The notes below the pieces were generated by a model. That model was not told the origin of the DNA. It saw nothing but the letters and a program-made list of their open reading frames with translations, and ran no database searches. A stretch of DNA of 64,000 nucleotides from Heterodontus francisci (taxonomy: Eukaryota): contig NC_090403.1 in the NCBI RefSeq assembly GCF_036365525.1, positions 26,235,461 to 26,299,460 of the forward strand, in the 5' to 3' direction. Positions within the stretch are counted from its first letter, which is position 1; every line of letters begins with the position of its first letter. Shown piece after piece: positions 12,563-24,228 of this stretch. Both the position numbers and the translations under genes were made by a program.

Positions 12563-13390
12563 TTACATAGCATCAATGAAGTTGTTGTGCCTCTGCAATT
12601 GATCATTATATTGCCCGATTTCAATAACAAGACTGTTCTTGCTTAGTGGGTCAGGCTTGCACTGATACAAGCTATACAGTCCAACAGGCACTGAAAAAAA
12701 ATAAAATCCCATGGGATCCAGGGAAATGCAGCAAGGTGGATACAAAATTGGCTCAGTGGCAGGAACCAAAGGGCAATTGTTGACGGTGTTTTTGCGACTG
12801 GAGGGCTGTTTCCAATGGCGTTCCGCAGGGCTCAATACTGGGCCCCTTGCTTTTTGTGGTATATATTAACGATTTGGATGTAAATGTATAGAGCATGATC
12901 AAAAACTTTGCAGATGACACAAAGATTGGCCATATGGTAGATAGTGAGGAGGATAGCTGTAGACTGCAGGAAAATATTTATGGTCTGGTCAGATGGGCAG
13001 AAAGGGAAGTGTGAAGTGATGTGTTTGGTAGAGGAGGAACCCTCACAACATTTAAGAAGTATTTAGATGAGCACTTGAAATGCCATAGCATACAAGGCTA
13101 CGGGCCAAGTGGTGGGAAATGGGATTCGAATAGTTAGGTGCTTGAAGACCAGCACAGACATGATGGGCCAAAGGACCTGTTTCTGTGTTGTATAACTCTA
13201 TAACATTAGGTCAAACAGGGCACAGGAATACATGATTAATGGGAAAATACCGAGAAGTGTAGAGGAAGTGAGGGACTTTGGAGTGAATGTCCACAGACCC
13301 CTGAAGGTAGCAGGACAGGTCCTTAAGGTGGTTAAGAAGGCATATGGAATCCTTTCCTTTATTAGCCAAGTTATAGAATATAGGTATAGG
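12563..13390 (+). mobile_element. CR1 LINE fragments in intron 2 of gene A
   Basis: [10 protein letters not shown]-like and FADDTK-coding DNA at ~12815-12925, plus a 3' tail piece. Confidence 0.75.
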
Positions 13391-13716
13391 TATAGATATT
13401 TTAAAAAGAAAAGAGTTAACAAAGTGAACATTGGTCCTATAGAAAGTGAGTCTGGGAAATTATTAATGGATAATAAGGAGATAGCAGATGAATTGAACAG
13501 GTATTTTGCATCGGTCTTCAATATAGAGGATTCAAGTAACATCCCAGAATTAGTTGTAAATCAGGAAATGGAAAGGAGGGAAGAACTCAAGAAAATTACA
13601 ATCACCAGGGAAGTGGTACGGAATAGATTGTTGGGGCAGTGGGCTGAAAAGTCCCCGGGGCCTGATGGACTTCATCCTAGGGTCTTAAAAGAAGTGGCTA
13701 GTGAGATAGTTGATGC

Positions 13717-13940
13717 AAACAAGAAATACAGGAACCACTCAGCAGGTCTGGCAGCATCTGTGAAAAGAGAAGCAGAGTTAACGTTTCGGGTCAGTGAGCC
13801 TTCTTCGGAACTGTTCGGTCACTCACCCAAAACTTTAACTCTGCTTCTCTTTTAACAGATGCGGCCAGACCTGCTGAGTGGTTCCAGCATTTCTTGTTTT
13901 TATTTCAGATTTCCAGCATCCGCAGTATTTTGCTTTTATA
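13717..13940. mobile_element. Short inverted-repeat insertion (Penelope-terminus-like) with 15-bp duplication
   Basis: TGAGATAGTTGATGC at 13702-13716 and 13941-13955. The left ~80 bp is the reverse complement of the right arm. Confidence 0.75.
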
Positions 13941-14858
13941 TGAGATAGTTGATGCGTTAATTTTAATTTTCCAAAATTCCCTAGATTCTGGGAAGGTTCC
14001 GCTAGACTGGAAAATAGTGAATGTAACTCCTTTATTCAAAAAGGGAGGGAGACAGAAAGCAGTAAACTACAAGCCAGTTAGTGTAATATTTGTCGTAGGG
14101 AAAATGTTAGAAGCTATTATTAAAGATGTTATAGCAGGGCACTTAGAAAAATTGAAGTTAATCAGGCAGAGTAAACATGGTTTTGTTTAAGGGAAATCAT
14201 GTTTACCCAATTTATTGGAGTTCTTTGAGGGGGTTACTTGTGCTGTGGATAAAGGGGAACCAGTGGATGTATTGTACTTAGATTTCCAGAAGGCATTTGA
14301 TAAGGTGTCACATCAAAGATTATTGCAAAAAATAAAAGCTCATGGTGTAGTGGATAACATATTGGCATGGATAGAAGATTGACTAGTTAACAGGAAACAG
14401 AGAGTAGGCATAAATGGGTCATTTTCTGGTTGGCAAGATGTAATGAATAGTGTGCCACATGGATCTGTGCTGGGCCTCAACTTTTTACAATTTATATAAG
14501 TAACTTAGATGAAGGGACCGAGGGTATGGTTGCTAAATTTGCCGATGACACAAAGCTAGGTAGGAAAGCAGGTTGTGAAGAGGACATAGGAGGCTACAAA
14601 GGGATATAGATAGGTTAAGTGAGTGGGCAAAAATCTGGCAGATGGAGTATAATTTTGGAAAATGTGAAGTTGCCCATTTTGGCAGGAAGAATAAGAAAGA
14701 AGCATGATATCTAAATGGTGAGAGATTGCGGAGCTCTGAGATGCAGAGGGATCTGGGTGTCCTAGTGCATGAATTGCAAAAGGTTAGTATACAGGGACAG
14801 CATGTAATTAGGAAAGCTAATAATCATTTATCACAAAGGGAATTGAATACAAAAATAG

Positions 14859-14990
14859 AAGAAGGGTCACTGACCCAAAACGTTAACTCTGCTTCTCTTT
14901 TCACAGATGCTGCCAGACCTGCTGAGTGGTTCCAGCATTTCTTGTTTTTATTTCAGATTTCCAGCATCCACAGTATTTTGCTTTTATTAT
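14859..14990 (+). mobile_element. Short insertion of the same family with 12-bp duplication
   Basis: ATACAAAAATAG at 14847-14858 and 14991-15002. Confidence 0.75.
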
Positions 14991-15084
14991 ATACAAAAAT
15001 AGGTAGGTTATGCTTCAGCTATACAGGGCATTGGTGAGACCACATCTGGAGTATTGTGTACAGTATAGATTGCATTAGAGTCAT

Positions 15085-15408
15085 AGTGAGATACAGCACT
15101 GAAACAGGCCCTTCAGCCCACTGAGTCTGTACCAACCAACAACCACCCATTTATACTAATCCTACATTAATCCCATATTCCCTACCACATCCCCACCATT
15201 CTCCTACCACCTACCTACACTAGGGGCAATTTATAATGGCCAATTTACCTATCAACCTGCAAGTCTTTGGCTGTGGAAGGAAACTGGAGCACCTGGCAGA
15301 AACCAATGCAGTCACAGGGAGAACTTGCAAACTCTGTACAGTCAGTACCTAGAACTAAACCTGGGTCGCTGGAGCTGTAAGGTTGTGGTGCTAACCACTG
15401 TGCCGCCC
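15085..15408 (-). mobile_element. HE1/V-SINE-like SINE
   Basis: Homologous to 7862-8212 and 48536-48895. Confidence 0.8.
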
Positions 15409-15924
15409 TTATTTAAGGAAGGATGTAAATGCATTGGAAGCAGTTCAAAGAAGGTTTACTAGACTGATACCTGGAATGGGTGGGCTATCTTATGACGAAA
15501 GATTGGACAAGCTCGGCTTGTATCCGCTGGAATTTAGAAGAGTAGGAGGCGACTTGATTGAAACATATAAGATCCTGAGGAGTATTGACAGAGTGGATGT
15601 GGAAAGGATGTTTCCCCCTTGTGGGAGAATCTAGAACCAGGGGTCACTGTTTAATAATAAGGGGTCGCCCATTTAAGACAGAGATGAGGAGAAATGTTTT
15701 TCTCTCAGAGGGTGAGTGAGTCTTTGGAACTCTCTTCCTCAAAACGCAGTGGTAACAGAGTCTTTGAAGATGTTTAAGGCAGAGGTAGATAGGTTCTTGA
15801 TAAGCAAGAGGGTGAAAGGTTATCAGGGGAAGGTGGCAATGTGGAGAAATCAGTTCAGCCATGAACTTATTGAATGGAGGAGCAGGGCCGAGTGGCCTAT
15901 TCCTGCTCATAATTTGCATGTTCA

Positions 15925-16520
15925 TATATATGCTGGAACTGTACAAATCATTGGTTAGGCCACAGTACTGAGTACTGTGTGCAGTTCTGGTCACCACCTT
16001 ACAGAAAGGATGTAATTGCACTAGAGAGTGTAGAGAGGAGATTTATGGGGATGTTGCCGGGACTGGAAAAAATGCAGCTATGAGGAAAGATTGGATAGAC
16101 TTGGATTGTTCTCCTTGGAACAGAGAAGGCTGAGGGGAGATCTGATTGAAATGTACAAAATTTTGAGTGGCCTGGATAGAGTGGAGGTGAAGGGCCTATT
16201 TACCTTAGCAGAGAGGTCAGTGACTAGGGGGCATAGATTTAAAGTGATTGGTAGGAAGATCAGAGGGGAGATGAGGAAAAAGATTTTCACCCAGAGGGTG
16301 GGAGGAGACGGTCTGGAACTTACTGCCTGTAAGGGTAGTTGAGGCAGAAACCCTCAACTGATTCAAAAGAAGTCTAGATATGCACCTCAAGTGCTGTAAC
16401 CTGCAGGGCTGTGGACCAAATGCTGGAAGGTGGGATTAGACTAGGTGGATCGTTTTTCAGCTAGCATAGACACAATGGGCCAAGTGGCCTCTTCCTGTAC
16501 CGTAAAAATTCTGATTGTAT
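15925..16520 (+). mobile_element. CR1 LINE 3' fragment
   Basis: ORF 16091..16342 DRLGLFSLEQRRLRGDLIEMYKIL. Confidence 0.85.
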
Positions 16521-16629
16521 GAAGGTCTGCCACATAGTTTGAGGTCAAATAGTCTAAGACTACTTGCTGATGGCGAGCTCACACCCCATCTGGTCCAGTC
16601 CATGTACAGATCCAATTTGCCCCATAATT

Positions 16630-18910
16630 ACAACAACTTGCATTTATTTAGCGTCTTTAACTTCGTGCAATAGCTCAAGGAGGTTTACAGGAGTAGTATG
16701 AAAACATTTTTTACACCCAGCCATGAAAGGAGATTGTAGGACAGGTGACCAAAACCTTGCTCAAAGAGGTAATCTTTAAGGAGCAATTTAAAAGAGGAGA
16801 GAGAAGTAGAGAAGGTTAATTCCAGAACTTAAGGGCCAGGCATTGAAGGCACAGCCACCAATGGTAGAGCAATGAAAATTAGGGAAAATTGGAAGAGATC
16901 GCACAGGCTTGAAAGAAGTCACAGAAGAAGGAGGGAAAAGGCCATAGAGAGATTTTAAAACAAGCTTGAGAATTTTTAAAAATCGAAATATTGCTAGACT
17001 GGGAGCCAATGTAGATCTGCGAACACGGCGGGTGATGGTTGAAAGGGACTTGGGGCTACATTTTCATTTCACGGTCAGGAACCTGACATGGGCTGCATTT
17101 TAAAAGTCCGACGCTGAAATAGGTGACGGCCGGAAAACTTTGCGGCCCGCACACAGAGGGCCCATGTCGCAGAGCTGCCGCGATTCCAAACACGGTGGCT
17201 CATTAGCCTGACTGGGGCAGCCGCCCCCTAATGACATGGAGGGGGCAGGCGAGCCATCCCTGGCAACCCCGTCCAGTGCCAATGCACAGGCGCTGGTGTC
17301 ATTTTTAAAAGGCTTACAGCCCTAACTGATCATTTGAATTTTTAAAGACATCGTTAATGTAAAGTTTATAAAAATGAATAAACAAAAATTCCATACCCTC
17401 TTCCAACCCCCCAAGGGCATAACACATCATTTCTGCCCTCCCCCCACCCCCGAACACCTACCGTTAATATTTGACATTCCCCGCCCCAGGGAGTTCAGAA
17501 CCTTTATCCTTTACTCCTTCCCATCATCCCCCCAACCAATCCGAAGCATTTTAACCCTGATCCCACCTCCCGCACAGAGACAATCACTTCCTTCCCCCTA
17601 CCCACAGGTGTTGCGCCTCATTTCCCTGAACAGGGATTCGAAGGCATGGCATTGCCAGTCCCGTTGCTGAGTGGCGGAGCGGCTGCCACAAGGCCTCACC
17701 ACCACCGCCGGTATGGGGCCTGCTGGCATCGGGGTTGGTGGCAGGCCTCATCCGTTGCTATCTTCATTCCCCCCCACCAGCGTTCCTGGCATCGGATAGC
17801 CTTTAAAATCCAGCCCTGGGGCTAGTTTCAGCTCCTGACCCAGTATGGCATGGTCCAATCATGCCCACTGGTATTTTTAAAGGTTCAGCCAATTAAAGGC
17901 CAGGGAGTGGGCTGGTCGTCCAATCAGGGATGGAAGGTAGGCCCCCAAGGCTGGGGAACCAATGGGAGGCCCTCCAGTACTCGCAGATTGGCAACCCCAC
18001 CAGCTGAGGTGGGAGTGCCAATCTGGACATGGAGAGGCCAGGTAAGTTTTTTTTGGTTTTTACAACAGCCACAGCTGCCTCGGCATGATTCTGGAGGGGC
18101 AACCCTTCCAGAGACAGCCAGTGACTGCAGCAGTGGCTCAATGACCGTTACAGATGTGGGAGTCCCTTGCGTGAACAATCATGGCCACTCCACCCGCCCC
18201 CAGCTTCCTGTCTTCAACCCAACACATTGGACTGGATGCAGTACAGGCCAATGAGGGCTGATCATATTTCCAACTGGAAATCCCAGTTGGCGTAGGAATG
18301 GGGCCTTAAGAGGCCCCTTAATTAAATCAATTTCCAGTTAATTGACTACCCACCGCTTGCTGGCAGTCAGCCGATTTGACCCCAACACAGCCTCTTTGAA
18401 AATGTCTTGGGTCAGGATCATGACGGGGAACCAGCATGACGGCTGGCGGTGCCAAATTATGGGCCTTCCTGCATCCAATCCGGACCCTGGCCTTGAATGA
18501 AGGTCCTGTCCTTGGTGTCAGTTAGGATATTTGGATATGGTCAATTTGGAATATATTGCAGCAGATACTTGGGTGAGCACAAGTTTACAGAGGGTTCATG
18601 GTGGGAGGCCTACCTGGAGAGTATTGGAATAATCAAGTCCAGTGGTAACAAATGCATGATTGAGAGTTTCAGGATTAGATGAGCTGTGGCAAGGACGGAG
18701 ATGGATGATGTTATGAAGGTTGAAGCAGGCAGACTTGGTGATGGGGTTGGAAGCTCACCTCATGGTCAAATAGGAGGCCAATGTGGTGAATATTCTGGCT
18801 CAGTCTCAGACATTGGCTCAGAACAGTTTTGAAGCTGGTGGCTAGGGAATGGAGTTAAAGGCAGTGACTGAAAGCAATGGCTTTGGTCTTCCCAATATTT
18901 ATTTAATTGC
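16630..18910 (-). mobile_element. Degraded L2-like LINE 3' end, split by GC-rich insertions (17052-18495)
   Basis: FKILKLVLKSLYGL-like reading near 16950. L2-like DNA resumes after ~18500. Confidence 0.45.
17052..17816. mobile_element. Possible non-autonomous DNA transposon (GC-rich, imperfect TIRs)
   Basis: GGGCTACATTTT at the left end and AAAATCCAGCCC at the right end. Abrupt GC and CpG rise. Confidence 0.4.
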
Positions 18911-19486
18911 CAATTAGTCAATTGTACCATGGCAGTGCACATCCCAAATTGAAAATAGTGGTACAGCAGCGGCCATAGAGTAGAGGCAAAGAAAAGTGGA
19001 AGTGTAAATTGTGTGGAACCCGTGGGAGAAAGGTGCCAGCTTGAATTGAATGGGAAGACTGGTGGTGTGAACTGGAGATAACTGTTAAGGAGTGAGATGA
19101 TTAGAGGAACAGAGATGGTTATGGGGAGTAAGATGGTTAGGGGGGCAGCGGGTGAGATGATCTGCTGGTGTGAGTAACTTTTGGAGGGTGCTGAAGATGT
19201 AGCAGATGCCTCTTTAAAGAGTGCATTACACTTCACTGAGATTCCACTCCATGGTTCAGATTTAGGGACCCAGGAAGTAAACCTCTCTCCAGGAATCTTA
19301 CACTATGCACCCTGACTTAGAATGGGACCTGACTCTTAGTTCTACTGACATTTTCACATCAATCATTGACCAACATTGGGATTAAATTTCCTGATTTTTA
19401 ATTTCTGGCAAGATTGTTGATCTTAACCATACTTTCAATAAACCTCCTGTTTCAATAGATTAAAATAAATCCCAGCATTCACTCAC

Positions 19487-19576
19487 CTGTAAACCCCGCG
19501 ACAGCTTCACCAGGTTCAATGGCTTGGTTTTCAGCGCGACCCTCTCTCTTACACACTGTCGGGGTATGCGACCACC
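19487..19576 (-). CDS. IFN1: Type I IFN gene A exon 2 (GGRIPRQCVRERVALKTKPLNLVKLSRGLQ)
   Basis: Acceptor tttttctctcag, donor gtgagt, 90 nt, GG..P..C pattern, second conserved Cys. Confidence 0.92.
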
Positions 19577-19750
19577 CTGAGAGAAAAAACAATCACTGTT
19601 ACAGAATACACAGAAACTGAGATAGGGGAGAATCACTGAATATTAATTTAATAATGTTGCAAAACCGAAAACTATTTCTCTGACATAACTTTTCAAAACA
19701 AACCGGCCCTGTGTGATTCAGATGCAGCTCTGAATGCAGGTTGCAGTCAC

Positions 19751-19783
19751 CATTTCATTCAGTTTGCTCTGTGCCTCTGCGTT
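19751..19783 (-). pseudogene. Relic of a second IFN exon 1 3' end (NAEAQSKLNEM) within intron 1 of gene A
   Basis: Matches NTETLSKLNEM of exon 1, is followed by donor-like GTGACT, and lies 174 nt from exon 2. Confidence 0.75.
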
Positions 19784-20226
19784 TCGGATTACAATTCCCC
19801 TCAAAGCTGATTGCCCTTTGACTCAAATTTGATCCAAGCTCGCTGCAGATTCAGTGACTTCCTCTACCCTCAGAGTGATTCCTTCCTCTCCTCAGTACCA
19901 CATTCCCCTCTTTTTTGAGTATCACTTTCCTGAAAACTCATAGCCCGATCCCACTCTCTGTATCTGATTCCTCAGAGTTTGATACCCCTGTTACACTGGG
20001 GGTCTCGCTAGTCTTAGTTTCAGGAGAATTTTGTTGTTGGATAACGCAAAGAGTAACTGAAGAGAAGTGCCCTGGTAATAAATACGCCCTGGTAAATAAT
20101 GGAGAATCAGTGCCTATTAATTGGGTGAAATTGCAAGCACCCAAACTATTTCACCTGATAACGACTTTTCACGACAAACAGACCCCATGTGGTTCCAAAC
20201 CAGCTCTGAATACAGGTTAAACTCAC

Positions 20227-20358
20227 CATTTCATTCATTTTGCTCAGAGTCTCTGTGTTGAGAACTTGCTGCAACTGCAACCTCTCACAGCCCAGACACA
20301 GGGTCCCGGGCAACAAGACCAACACCATCCAAAATCTCCAAACACTGGGCAAAGCCAT
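20227..20358 (-). CDS. IFN1: Type I IFN gene A exon 1 (MALPSVWRFWMVLVLLPGTLCLG|CERLQLQQVLNTETLSKMNEM)
   Basis: ATG at 20358, hydrophobic signal peptide, donor gtgagt at 20221-20226. Confidence 0.93.
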
Positions 20359-20457
20359 CCCAACCGACCCAGAGTAAAACACTGATCTGAAGGATGAGCG
20401 ACCGACAGCTTTGTGGTTCAGCGCCCCAAACGCTTCTTTTTCACTGAATTAAACTCT

Positions 20458-20698
20458 GAAAGTGGAAATGCAGCCGATTCTGATCCAGGAGCGACCGTCT
20501 GTGTTGCTGAATGGTGTGAGAGTGCGGCTGGATTCTGCTGGGAGCTCTCACTGGCACTGCTATGCTGTCGGATTTAATGTATGGCATTACATTCGAAAAG
20601 TGAAAATATTCTGCAGGATTTTTGGAGTTTGTGCTATTTCTTGCTGATGTAAGGAATCGAAAAGCTGGAGAGTCCGAGGCAGCGACTGGAAAATCCCC
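20458..20698 (-). promoter_or_regulatory. Proximal promoter of gene A: IRF-type motifs and NF-kB site
   Basis: GAAAGTGGAAA 20458-20468, GAAAAGTGAAA 20595-20605, GGGGATTTTCC (minus) 20688-20698. Confidence 0.6.
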
Positions 20699-20740
20699 GT
20701 TAGAAAATCACAACCAGTGCTCGATTCCAACTCATTGTTG

Positions 20741-21341
20741 TAATGGAGGGATACAGCACAGAAACAGGCCCTTCGGTCCATCGTGTCGTTGCCAACCATC
20801 AAGCACCTAACTATTCGAATCCCATTTTCCAGCACTTGGCCCGTAGCCTTGTATGCTATGGCGTTTCAAGTGCTCATCTAAATACTTAAATGTTGTGAGG
20901 GTTCCTGCCTCTACCACCTCTTCAGGCAGTGTGTTCCAGACTCCAACAATCCTCTGAGTGAAAACATTTCCCCTCAAATCGCCTCTAAACCTCCTGCCCC
21001 ATACCTTAAATCTATGCCCCCTGATTATTGAGCCCTCCACTAAGGGAAAAAGTTTCTTCCTATTTAATCTATCAATACCCCTCATAATCTTGAATACCTC
21101 AAACACGTCCCCCCTCAGCCTTCTCTGCTCTAAGGAAAACAACCCTAGCCTTTTCAGTCTCTCTTCATAGCTGAAATGCTCCAGCCCAGGCAACATCCCA
21201 GTGAATCTCCTCTGCACCCTCTCCAATGCAATCACATCCTTCCTATGGTGTGTTGCCAAGAACTGTACACAGTACTCCAGCTGTGGCCGAACTAGCATTT
21301 GGTACAGCTCCATCATAAACTCCCTGCTCTTACATTCTATG
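20741..21341 (-). mobile_element. CR1 3' fragment unique to the gene A upstream region
   Basis: Open CR1 frame LVRPQLEYCVQF...GYGPSAGKWD. Absent at the matching site upstream of B, C and D. Confidence 0.9.
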
Positions 21342-21779
21342 AGTGCGTTCGGATCACCGGGGCATGAAGGTGGTGCAGAGGGAGAGTCTGTATTGGGGGG
21401 AGTGTGAACATGTATTGGGGGCTGTATTTTATAATCCGGTTTATAGAGACACCGACAGCGGTAATCCGGTGCCGCGGCTTTTAATGCTGACATTCGGCTC
21501 CAGAAAGAGCGATTCCCTTTTAAATCCACTCTCTCCCCGGTGTGCTCACATCGCGCTTTTCCTGTTCACAGTTCGCAGGTTGGACATTGCAGAGATCCCG
21601 GGTCACAGCCCAGGGTCACCGCTTGATGCCGAATGTCACCGCTCGGATTCACCTGTCGAAGAATCTGCTCATGAAGTGGAAGAAGTTTGTCATTTCTGGG
21701 CTCATTTCTGCGGTCATTTTCAGAGTTTATTTGAAAGAAAATTTAATCTGCTTCGACTCTGAGTCCCAAAGTGATCCCG

Positions 21780-22030
21780 CTCCCTTTTCTTTCATCATTT
21801 CTTTCTTGTCTCCCTCCCGGGAAAGTGTCCGTGTCAGTTTCTCTGTGGAAATGAACCTTGTGTCAATTACATCGAAAGTGAAAGTGCCTCAGGGAAAGTG
21901 ACGAGTTTTGTCATTTCCGAAAGGGAGGAGAGTTTGTAAACAGAGCGGGTCACACTGAGAGGGCTGAGGGGGAGCTGCAACAGGGTTTGGGATATCCGGG
22001 ATATCCCCGATTCCAAAGGGAATGTCACAA
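21780..22030. promoter_or_regulatory. Distal IRF/NF-kB motif cluster upstream of gene A
   Basis: GAAAGTGAAAGTG 21874-21886, further GAAAGTG/GAAATG hexamers, tandem GGGATATCCGGGATATCCCC 21989-22008. Confidence 0.65.
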
Positions 22031-23089
22031 AATCAATCTCATCTGAAACTGTGATCAAAAACTTCCGTCCGGGTGGATGTGGGACTGAGATCCCACGAGC
22101 ACCAGCTTGAGACGGGAGAAAAACTGCAATTTAGAATAATGCTGATGGTAACAGGATAATGGTGAATAAAACTGTAGGAATTGTAAATAGTTTCGAATGG
22201 AGGCGGAAGGAGGGTTCGGGAATTTAAGGAGGAATGTTTAAAACACTGGTGGGTAACATAAAAGGAAGTAGCAAGGACTCTTAGCAGCACGTCCATTATA
22301 ATCTTACTCCGTGCCTTTATCATTCTGCATAATTGGACTTCCTAATGTCAACATCTTGTCACCCCATTGGGGTAGAGATTCCGCTTTGTAGGAATTCATG
22401 GGGAGAGCAAATAGATGGGTTTGTCCCCAATTTTGCCTCATTGCGCTCCGAACGAAATTGTATGTTTTGAGATCTTGTTCTCGAGTTTCCGCTCAAATTC
22501 GTTTGCCAATCCCCAAACGCAAAATCTGCCATGAACCAACAAATCGGTCAGGGATTTCAAATGTAGTTTTAATAAAACTGCCTTAAAATGTTCGATTAGA
22601 TATTTAAGAGTGGAAACAGTTGCAGTTTGATTCATACAGCAGAAAATGGATTTATCACAAAACGTAAGCATTTTAAATGACACTATCAATCCTGCACCTG
22701 TGAGATTTTAAATGACCGAAATTGGCATTTTAAAATATATAGGCCCATTTGTTAGTTTTATTTGGGTGCAATAGTCATTTTCTTCGCAAAGTAAACTTGC
22801 CGAATCTTGTCCTTATTGCCCAAATGAAGCACTTTAAGATTTGGATCCTCCGGAGAGGCCTGCAATTACAATGGTGATTAATTTATCCTGGCAATAAAGC
22901 CACTATTTTGGCACAACCAGCTTCCAGTGCAATCTTTTTTGTGAACTGGCGTTGAGAGTGGAAACTCAATTTGCCCTGGACGTAATTTGCAGGTAACAGC
23001 GGTCAATCTTTCACAGTTATTTCACTGACTTTGGGCAAGTTGCACTGAGAAAACCAGGACAAATAGTCATGTGGTAAGTACAGAACTTG

Positions 23090-24228
23090 TGAACTGCTGA
23101 AAATAGAGACATATTGTGGAAGCTTTTGTTCTTGCACTCATCAGGACAACAGGCAAGAATAACCAATGTAAGGGGAAACAACAACTTATTCTGTATGAGA
23201 ACAGAGTGCTGATTGGTTGGCAAGTGAAATCTGATTGGTAGAGGCTTTGCCATGGAGCATGCACCAGTTTATGGTGACTGACAGTTCACTGTCAAGCTTT
23301 GTTTGAAATTTAAACCAGGCAGCTTGACTGTGGTTGTTCAAGGCATTTCTCTGAGGAATGAACCAGCAAATGGCTGAAACAGCGGCAATGCGTGTACATG
23401 TTCATTCTGTGTGCAACGAACAGAACCCTGTGTAATAAGATATGTAGCTTCCAGTACACACAAATGCGCCACACTGTGAGCCCGACTGACAATCTTCAAT
23501 TAGTTGTCAGTGTAATTCTTAGCACACTGCGGATTATTTAGCAAATGTTGTCCAATTGCAGAATCACATCTAATGTTGGACTCTGTGTTCTGAGTTTTGC
23601 AACCAAGCGCTGGTTGGTTACGTCCTGTCCGTTGCCTGCTGCAAACAGTGGAAGGGACATGTTGTTTGATACAATTCACCAGTCTTTGGGATATACAGCC
23701 TAAATACTTAGCATCACACTGGCATTGAAATTCATACATCACACAACTCACTTGTGTGATAGGTAGGATGATGTTTGCCTTCACAGCAGCATCAGGTTAG
23801 TGGTGAACACCACTGCATAGCGAACTTTACCTGTTGATCAATGTTTTGGGATACATTACCTCCAGGGTAATTTGAGGTAGACTGGGCATTTCTCATGGCC
23901 ACAAATGATGGCCTTACGCACGTTTCTCTGTTTCCGTGATTTCCAGTGAGAAATGATCTGATCAGGGTCACCAATGTCACACAGGATTTCATTGATTCAC
24001 CCTATTTCAGCATCAAGCTTGCATGGTGAGCAAATGGCTCGGGCCCTATTTACGAGGTTGACCATGAAGTCAATCTTATAGCGCGTGGAACTGTAGGAAT
24101 CCCAATGCGTGTATTGAACAATGAAGTATAAGATGTTGTTTTCCCTTACATTGGTTATTCCTGCGTGTTGTCCTGATGAGTGCAAAATGAAAAGCTTCGA
24201 CAACATATCTCTATTTTAAGCAATTCTC
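23090..24228 (-). mobile_element. Penelope-like element relic (GIY-YIG endonuclease, RT C-terminus, inverted ~100-bp termini)
   Basis: YEFQCQCDAKYLG...QRL...IKQH and SAIGQHL in ORF 23500..23784, NLVNRARAICS. 23090-23190 is an inverted match to 24125-24228. Confidence 0.85.
24166..24205 (+). ncRNA. Minimal type I hammerhead ribozyme motif (Penelope-type)
   Basis: TGTTGTC-CTGATGA-GTGCAAAAT-GAA-AAGCTT-C-GACAACA. 7-bp helix I, intact core, palindromic helix III. Confidence 0.7.

Larger units (their letters stand above)
13395..15910 (+). mobile_element. 5'-truncated CR1 LINE ORF2 (~2.5 kb) with three nested insertions
   Basis: KSPGPDGLHPRVLKE, VPLDWKIVNVTPLFKKG, FADDTK, EAVQRRFTRLIPG. Contains stops and frameshifts. 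Confidence 0.9.
12003..20358 (-). other. IFN1: Type I interferon gene A span: complement(join(12003..12101,12210..12449,19487..19576,20227..20358)), 186 aa
   Basis: Uninterrupted spliced frame with GT-AG phase-0 introns of 650, 7037 and 108 nt. Signal peptide, mature Cys1/29/101/136, CAWEIIR motif. Confidence 0.92.

Noticed and set aside
20807-21529. 240-aa ORF upstream of gene A as a gene
   Set aside because: It is a chance fusion of promoter DNA to a CR1 ORF2 tail.
21542-21901. 119-aa plus-strand ORF repeated in all four units
   Set aside because: GTG start, no recognisable domain, and it overlaps promoter motifs. Its conservation is explained by recent duplication.
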